Assembly (NCBI GenBank): GCA_037969075.1
Contig: JBBKWS010000131.1
Coordinates: 1 to 11,693, forward strand
From: Bdellovibrionales bacterium
Lineage (GTDB): Bacteria; Bdellovibrionota; Bdellovibrionia; Bdellovibrionales; UBA840
Reading direction: 5' to 3'
Length of the DNA stretch: 11,693 bases
Shown in pieces: positions 6,526-11,693 of the stretch. Position 1 is the first letter of the stretch. Each line of letters starts with the position of its first letter. The notes beneath the pieces were generated by a model. It saw only the letters and a list, made by a program, of their open reading frames with translations. It searched no databases and was not told the origin of the DNA. A program made the position numbers and the translations under genes.

Positions 6526-8147
6526 TGGATTCATTAGAAGTAATTACATCAGAGATAGATACTACCTCTTCTGGTTTTAACGCAAACAAAGAGGTTCTGT
6601 TGGCGCTAACAGAACAATTTAAAAAACACATAGAGCAAGTAAAACTGGGCGGGGGAGCAAAGTCTATCGCTCGTCATAAAGAAAAAGGAAAGTTAAGCGC
6701 CAGAGAAAGAATCGAGAAGCTATTAGATGCTGACGCTAGTTTTTTAGAGCTTTCAACTTTAGCAGCAATCGGAATGTATGATGATGGGGCCCCAGGGGCA
6801 GGAGTAATCACAGGAATTGGTAAAATATCAAATCAAGAATGTGTGATCGTTGCCAATGATGCTACAGTAAAAGGCGGGACATATTTTCCGATCACAGTTA
6901 AAAAGCATTTGCGGGCGCAAGAGATAGCATTAGAAAATGGCCTACCATGTATTTATTTAGTGGATAGTGGAGGAGCATTTTTACCTCTACAATCTGAGGT
7001 GTTTCCTGATAGAGATCATTTTGGACGTATTTTTTATAATCAAGCAAGAATGTCAGCTGAAGGAATTCCGCAGATCGCTGTTGTGATGGGTTCTTGCACG
7101 GCGGGGGGGGCTTACGTTCCTGCGATGAGCGATGAGACCGTTATTGTAAAGGGCACTGGGACCATATTTTTAGGCGGGCCACCGCTTGTCAAGGCAGCAA
7201 CTGGAGAAGTTGTGGATGCAGAGTCTTTAGGTGGGGCAGATGTTCATACAAAAATAAGTGGAGTAGCCGATCATTACGCAGAAAATGACGAGCACGCCCT
7301 AGAGATTACAAGAAATATAGTCGCCTTCTTAAATCAAACAAAGAAACAACCTTGTAAGCTAGCAGCAGCAGAAGAGCCGGCGTATCCACAAGAAGAATTG
7401 TATGGAGTGATACCAAAGGATAGTAAGCAATCATTTGATGTAAGAGAAGTGATTGCAAGAGTAGTAGATGGATCTAGATTTCAAGAGTTTAAAAAGAATT
7501 ATGGGACAACTTTGATAACGGGTTTTGCCCATATATATGGTTATCAAGTAGGAATAATTGCAAACAATGGAATTTTATTTAGTGAGAGCTCATTAAAAGG
7601 TGCGCATTTTATCGAGCTTTGCACGCAACGAAATATTCCTTTGGTGTTCTTACAAAACATAACAGGATTCATGATTGGCAAAAAATATGAAAACGAAGGT
7701 ATAGCAAAAAATGGCGCAAAGCTTGTGACGGCAGTAAGTACAACTCATGTACCCAAATTCACAGTTATCATCGGGGGGTCTTATGGAGCGGGTAACTACG
7801 GCATGTGCGGACGTGCTTACCAGCCAAGACAACTTTGGATGTGGCCTAACGCTAAAATTTCTGTAATGGGTGGAGAGCAAGCAGCCAATGTACTACTTAC
7901 TGTAAAAATGGAACAGACGGCCCGCAGGGATGGCAAAGAGATGACTGCAGCTGAGCAAGAAGAGTTTAAAAGACCGATACTTGAAAAATACGAGGCAGAG
8001 AGCTCTTGTTATTATTCATCGGCAAGAGTTTGGGATGATGGAATTATTGACCCAACTGACACTCGTAAAGTAATAGCAATGGGATTAGCCGCTTCATATA
8101 ATAAGCCCTGGGGCGAACCTAAGCCTTTTGGAATATTTAGGATGTAA
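6525..8147 (+). CDS. liuB: 3-methylcrotonyl-CoA carboxylase beta (carboxyltransferase) subunit
   Basis: [71 protein letters not shown] and C-terminal FGIFRM are typical of MCC-beta. Operon context agrees. Confidence 0.95.
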   Translation: MDSLEVITSEIDTTSSGFNANKEVLLALTEQFKKHIEQVKLGGGAKSIARHKEKGKLSARERIEKLLDADASFLELSTLAAIGMYDDGAPGAGVITGIGKISNQECVIVANDATVKGGTYFPITVKKHLRAQEIALENGLPCIYLVDSGGAFLPLQSEVFPDRDHFGRIFYNQARMSAEGIPQIAVVMGSCTAGGAYVPAMSDETVIVKGTGTIFLGGPPLVKAATGEVVDAESLGGADVHTKISGVADHYAENDEHALEITRNIVAFLNQTKKQPCKLAAAEEPAYPQEELYGVIPKDSKQSFDVREVIARVVDGSRFQEFKKNYGTTLITGFAHIYGYQVGIIANNGILFSESSLKGAHFIELCTQRNIPLVFLQNITGFMIGKKYENEGIAKNGAKLVTAVSTTHVPKFTVIIGGSYGAGNYGMCGRAYQPRQLWMWPNAKISVMGGEQAANVLLTVKMEQTARRDGKEMTAAEQEEFKRPILEKYEAESSCYYSSARVWDDGIIDPTDTRKVIAMGLAASYNKPWGEPKPFGIFRM

Positions 8148-8148
8148 A

Positions 8149-8934
8149 ATGATAGAAGTAAAAAAACATGAGCTATACTGGCAAATCACTTTAAATCGTC
8201 CAGAAGTGCATAATGCATTTCACCCAGAGATGATCGAAAAGATTACTGCCACCTATTTAGAGGCTGCGAAAGCAAAAATCAAAATGGTTGTTCTTAACGG
8301 AAATGGTAAGAGTTTTTCTGCGGGTGCAGATTTAAATTGGATGAAATCCATGGCCGATTATTCTGAAAAAGAAAACTACCATGATGCTTTAAAGCTATTT
8401 GATATGTTTTTAGCAATCTATGATTGTTCAGCGGTAACTATTTGTGTGGCGCACGGAAATGTCTTTGGCGGCGGCCTTGGTTTTATTGCTTGTTCAGATG
8501 TTGCTATTGCAGTCAACGACACTAAGTTTTGTTTTAGTGAAGTTAAGTGGGGGCTTTCACCTGCGACCATATCGCCATTTGTCAGAGCTAAAACTTCTGA
8601 AGCACATGCGAAACACTTGATGCTAACAGCCGATATTTTTACGGCAGAAGAGGCTAAACTTGCGGGCTTGGTATACAAGGTAGTGGGTGAAAATGAATTG
8701 GCTCAGACTGTAAAAGACCTAACTAAAACAGTTTTAGAAAATGGAACAGAAGCGCTGTGTGCTACTAAGAAACTATTGAACTTACAGGGGCATCAACCGC
8801 TACGCTGTAGAAAAGAGACGGCAAAATTGATTGCGAAAAGACGAGTAAGCGCAGAAGGGCAGCAAGGCTTAAATTACTTTTTAACTAAAGCAATGCCGGC
8901 GTGGAAAAAAATTCAAGACGGAGTCGATTTATGA
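8149..8934 (+). CDS. liuC: Methylglutaconyl-CoA hydratase (crotonase family)
   Basis: TLNRPEVHNAF, FSAGADLNWM, GGGLGFIACSD, FSEVKWGL. Start moved from TTG 8128 to ATG 8149, 1 nt after the liuB stop, with AGGA upstream. Confidence 0.88.
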   Translation: MIEVKKHELYWQITLNRPEVHNAFHPEMIEKITATYLEAAKAKIKMVVLNGNGKSFSAGADLNWMKSMADYSEKENYHDALKLFDMFLAIYDCSAVTICVAHGNVFGGGLGFIACSDVAIAVNDTKFCFSEVKWGLSPATISPFVRAKTSEAHAKHLMLTADIFTAEEAKLAGLVYKVVGENELAQTVKDLTKTVLENGTEALCATKKLLNLQGHQPLRCRKETAKLIAKRRVSAEGQQGLNYFLTKAMPAWKKIQDGVDL

Positions 8935-10406
8935 AAATAAAAAGACTTGGAATTGCAAACCGTGGAGAAGTGGCGGTTCGGATCATTCAGGCTTGCAAAA
9001 GCTTAGGTATAACTTCGGTATTATTGCATTCAGAAGCGGATGAAAAATCATTAGCCTACCGAATGGCAGATGAAACTATTTGTATTGGACCTGCGGCCAG
9101 AAACGAATCGTATTTAAGTATTGATGCGAATATAAGAGCTGCTAAAGAAAAAAGAGTAGATGCAATACATCCAGGTTTTGGATTTTTATCTGAAAACGCT
9201 GCGTTTGCAGAAAGAGTCACTAAAGAAAAGATGATTTTTGTGGGGCCAAGAGCTGAAACGATCAAACAACTAGGGGATAAGATTTCAGCAAAGGATCTAA
9301 TGAACAAGGCTGGCGTGCCCACAATACCAGGATATCAAGGTGAAAAGAATGACATTGAATCTTTAAAAAAAGAAATAATAAAAATTGGATTTCCTGTTTT
9401 AGTTAAAGCTGCGGCCGGTGGCGGCGGGCGCGGAATGAAAGTTGTTCGAAATAAAGATGAAATTGAAGAAATGGTAGCTTCAGCAAAAAGAGAGGCTATA
9501 GAGGCGTTTGGAGATGATAGAGTTTTTTTAGAAAAGTATTTAGAAAAACCTAAACATATCGAGTTTCAAATATTTGGTGATACTCATGGAAATGTAATAC
9601 ATCTTTTTGAACGAGAATGTTCTGTTCAAAGACGCCATCAAAAAATAGTTGAAGAGGCTCCATCAGTGTCTTTAACAGATGTCCTTAGAAGTAAAATGGC
9701 AGAGGCCGCAGTTACTGCCGCAAGGTCTGCAAACTATGTTGGGGCGGGAACAGTTGAGTTTTTACTAGAGGGCGACAGTTTTTACTTTTTAGAAGTAAAT
9801 ACTAGATTGCAGGTAGAACATCCTGTAACAGAATTAATTACAGGTATTGATTTAGTACAAATGCAGATCAAGATAGCAGAAGGGGAGAAACTCCCTTATA
9901 GCCAAAAACAAGTAGTGTCCCGTGGACATTCTATCGAATGTAGATTGTATGCCGAAGACGCATATCAGGGTGGTATCCCTTCTACGGGCAAGGTCCTATA
10001 TCAAAAATTCCCAGTAGGGCCTAAGAGACGGTTTGATTTTGGACTAGAGGCAGGAGATGAGGTAACACCATTTTATGATTCTATGATTGGTAAATTGATC
10101 GTATATGGTGAATCAAGGGAGAACGCTATCAATGAGATGCTTAAGGTTCTTGATGACACAGTCATATTTGGAATTAAAACTAATATTCCATATTTAAAAA
10201 AGATTTTACAACACGAAGAGTTCATAGCCTCTACTATGACTACAAAATTTATCGAAACGTATTTTGCTGAAGGTATTGAAGCTCCAATCTTAACCGAACA
10301 ACAAGAGAAGCAGCTGCAAATACTTAGTTCACAAATTCAATCTACTTATCAAGGTGAATCATCTTCGCAAAAAGGGCCCTTCTCAGAAGGCTGGAGAAAT
10401 ACATGA
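8931..10406 (+). CDS. liuD: Biotin carboxylase subunit of 3-methylcrotonyl-CoA carboxylase (LiuD N-terminal part, no biotinyl domain)
   Basis: IANRGEVAVR, IHPGFGFLSEN, KAAAGGGGRGM, RECSVQRRHQK, EVNTRLQVEHPVTE. Start moved to ATG 8931 (ATGA overlap with the liuC stop, SD GGAG at 8920-8923). No AMKM motif. Confidence 0.9.
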   Translation: MKIKRLGIANRGEVAVRIIQACKSLGITSVLLHSEADEKSLAYRMADETICIGPAARNESYLSIDANIRAAKEKRVDAIHPGFGFLSENAAFAERVTKEKMIFVGPRAETIKQLGDKISAKDLMNKAGVPTIPGYQGEKNDIESLKKEIIKIGFPVLVKAAAGGGGRGMKVVRNKDEIEEMVASAKREAIEAFGDDRVFLEKYLEKPKHIEFQIFGDTHGNVIHLFERECSVQRRHQKIVEEAPSVSLTDVLRSKMAEAAVTAARSANYVGAGTVEFLLEGDSFYFLEVNTRLQVEHPVTELITGIDLVQMQIKIAEGEKLPYSQKQVVSRGHSIECRLYAEDAYQGGIPSTGKVLYQKFPVGPKRRFDFGLEAGDEVTPFYDSMIGKLIVYGESRENAINEMLKVLDDTVIFGIKTNIPYLKKILQHEEFIASTMTTKFIETYFAEGIEAPILTEQQEKQLQILSSQIQSTYQGESSSQKGPFSEGWRNT

Positions 10407-10771
10407 AGATGCTTGAAATTAGTTGGGGCAGTGAAACAAAAAAAGTAATTGCTATGAAGCAAGGAAGAAAACTCTGGGCCCATATTGATGGTGAAGTAAT
10501 ATGCTATGAGGCAAAGGGTTCATCGGCTAATCAGTCAAAGGCTGCGTTTACCTTTGGCCCATTAAAGTCGCCGATGCCAGGTAAAATCATGAAAGTTAAT
10601 ATAAAAGTCGGAGATGTAATTGAGGCAAAGAAAACTTTAATTGTGCTTGAAGCAATGAAAATGGAATACAGTATAAAAGTTCCTGAATCGTCTAAAGTTA
10701 CAAAAGTTCTTTGTGCAGCTGGTGACCAGGTAAAAGAAGGCCAAGTACTACTAGAAGTGGAGAAGGTATAA
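10403..10771 (+). CDS. Stand-alone biotin carboxyl carrier protein (LiuD C-terminal part)
   Basis: SPMPGKI and LEAMKME (biotinylated Lys86). ATGA overlap with the upstream gene and its own GGAG SD. Confidence 0.92.
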   Translation: MKMLEISWGSETKKVIAMKQGRKLWAHIDGEVICYEAKGSSANQSKAAFTFGPLKSPMPGKIMKVNIKVGDVIEAKKTLIVLEAMKMEYSIKVPESSKVTKVLCAAGDQVKEGQVLLEVEKV

Positions 10772-11667
10772 TGGCTAAACAGATTCGTATCGTTGAAGTT
10801 GGGTTACGTGATGGCCTGCAGAATGAGAAGCAAGAGCTAAGTGTTTCGCAAAAAGTGAAGCTAATAGACAAGCTGGTGCGATCCGGCAGTAGATATATGG
10901 AAGTCGGTGCTTTTGTCTCCTCTAAATGGGTACCTCAAATGGCTGACACAGAGGCTGTTGTTAAAGAGGTTCTTTTAAATAATAATTATAAGACCATAGA
11001 ATTTTCTGCCTTAGTACCAAATGAAGTGGGAATGCAAAAAGCACTTCTATATAAGGTTCCTGAGGTCTCAGTATTTACTGCAGCTTCAGAATCTTTTACC
11101 GAAAAAAACATTAATTGCAGCATAGATGAATCGTTTAAAAGATTTGAGCCAGTTTTAAAGCTTGCCAAAAAAAATAAAATCAAAGTTAGAGGCTATTTAA
11201 GCACAGCGTTTGTTTGTCCCTATGAAGGACTTATAGATCCTAAGAGGACTCTCAAAATTTGCGAAAGACTATTTGAGCTGGGAGTGTACGAGGTATCGGT
11301 TGCAGATACAATTGGCGTGGCTAATCCAAAACAAGTGGAAAGCTTAGTAAAAAAACTAACTACTAAGTTTTCTAAGAAAAAAATCGCTATGCATTTTCAT
11401 GATACTAGAGGTATGGCACTAGCGAATGTACTAAAAAGCTTAGAGCAAGGTATAACTACATTTGACGCCAGTATAGGTGGTTTGGGTGGGTGTCCCTATG
11501 CAGAGGGTGCGGCTGGAAACGTAGCAACTGAAGATTTAGTTAATATGCTACATGAAATGGGATATTCTACTGGTATAGATTTAGAGGATCTGGTGGATAC
11601 GTCAAAGTGGTTACAAAGTATTTTTTCTAGAAGTCTTAATTCGAAGTTATCAAAAATTACACTTTAA
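10771..11667 (+). CDS. liuE: Hydroxymethylglutaryl-CoA lyase
   Basis: EVGLRDGLQNE, HFHDTRG, GGLGGCPYAEGAAGNVATED. TAATG overlap with the BCCP gene. Confidence 0.95.
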   Translation: MAKQIRIVEVGLRDGLQNEKQELSVSQKVKLIDKLVRSGSRYMEVGAFVSSKWVPQMADTEAVVKEVLLNNNYKTIEFSALVPNEVGMQKALLYKVPEVSVFTAASESFTEKNINCSIDESFKRFEPVLKLAKKNKIKVRGYLSTAFVCPYEGLIDPKRTLKICERLFELGVYEVSVADTIGVANPKQVESLVKKLTTKFSKKKIAMHFHDTRGMALANVLKSLEQGITTFDASIGGLGGCPYAEGAAGNVATEDLVNMLHEMGYSTGIDLEDLVDTSKWLQSIFSRSLNSKLSKITL

Positions 11668-11682
11668 TAAGTAAGGAGCTTT

Positions 11683-11693
11683 ATGTTTGGTCT
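11683..11693 (+). CDS. Start of the next gene (MFGL...), truncated; possibly TatA/E family
   Basis: Strong SD AAGGAG at 11673-11678, then ATG TTT GGT CT. Fewer than four codons are visible. Confidence 0.4.

Noticed and set aside
8128..8148. TTG start for liuC given by the ORF track
   Set aside because: ATG 8149 directly follows the liuB stop, has an SD-like AGGA, and matches the usual crotonase N-terminus.
8901..8930. GTG start for the biotin carboxylase given by the ORF track
   Set aside because: ATG 8931 has a GGAG SD and an ATGA overlap, and gives the standard MKIKRLGIANRGE start.
426..11183. Short minus-strand ORFs at 426-656, 3177-3377, 5358-5690, 7650-7880, 8418-8678, 9056-9322 and 10986-11183
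   Set aside because: All lie fully antisense within longer, better-supported genes and show no independent protein features.
1..11693. CRISPR array, tRNA, IS/transposase, prophage or defence genes
   Set aside because: No regularly spaced repeats, cloverleaf, or recombinase/nuclease motifs were seen by eye.

Overview
AT-rich bacterial chromosomal window. The gene set and the short Cys-containing secreted orphans look Bdellovibrionota-like, but this is inference only. In order: the 5'-truncated remainder of a POT/PTR peptide transporter with a terminator; a secreted HExxH orphan behind a candidate sigma-54 promoter; an RNase P RNA gene (rnpB, about 2581-2928, not shown by the ORF track) with its terminator; a second secreted orphan; on the minus strand a 56-aa membrane microprotein missed by the ORF track, coupled to a DUF1285-like/TPMT-type methyltransferase fusion; then tyrS joined by a TAATG overlap to a leucine-catabolism cluster (liuB, liuC, liuD split into biotin carboxylase and biotin carrier, liuE), and the first codons of a next gene. 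The most unusual signal is the RNase P RNA. By manual folding it is bacterial type A (P6/P16/P17/P18 present), but it lacks P13/P14 and carries a consensus kink-turn in P12, a combination reminiscent of archaeal RNase P RNAs. No mobile element, CRISPR array or tRNA was seen.
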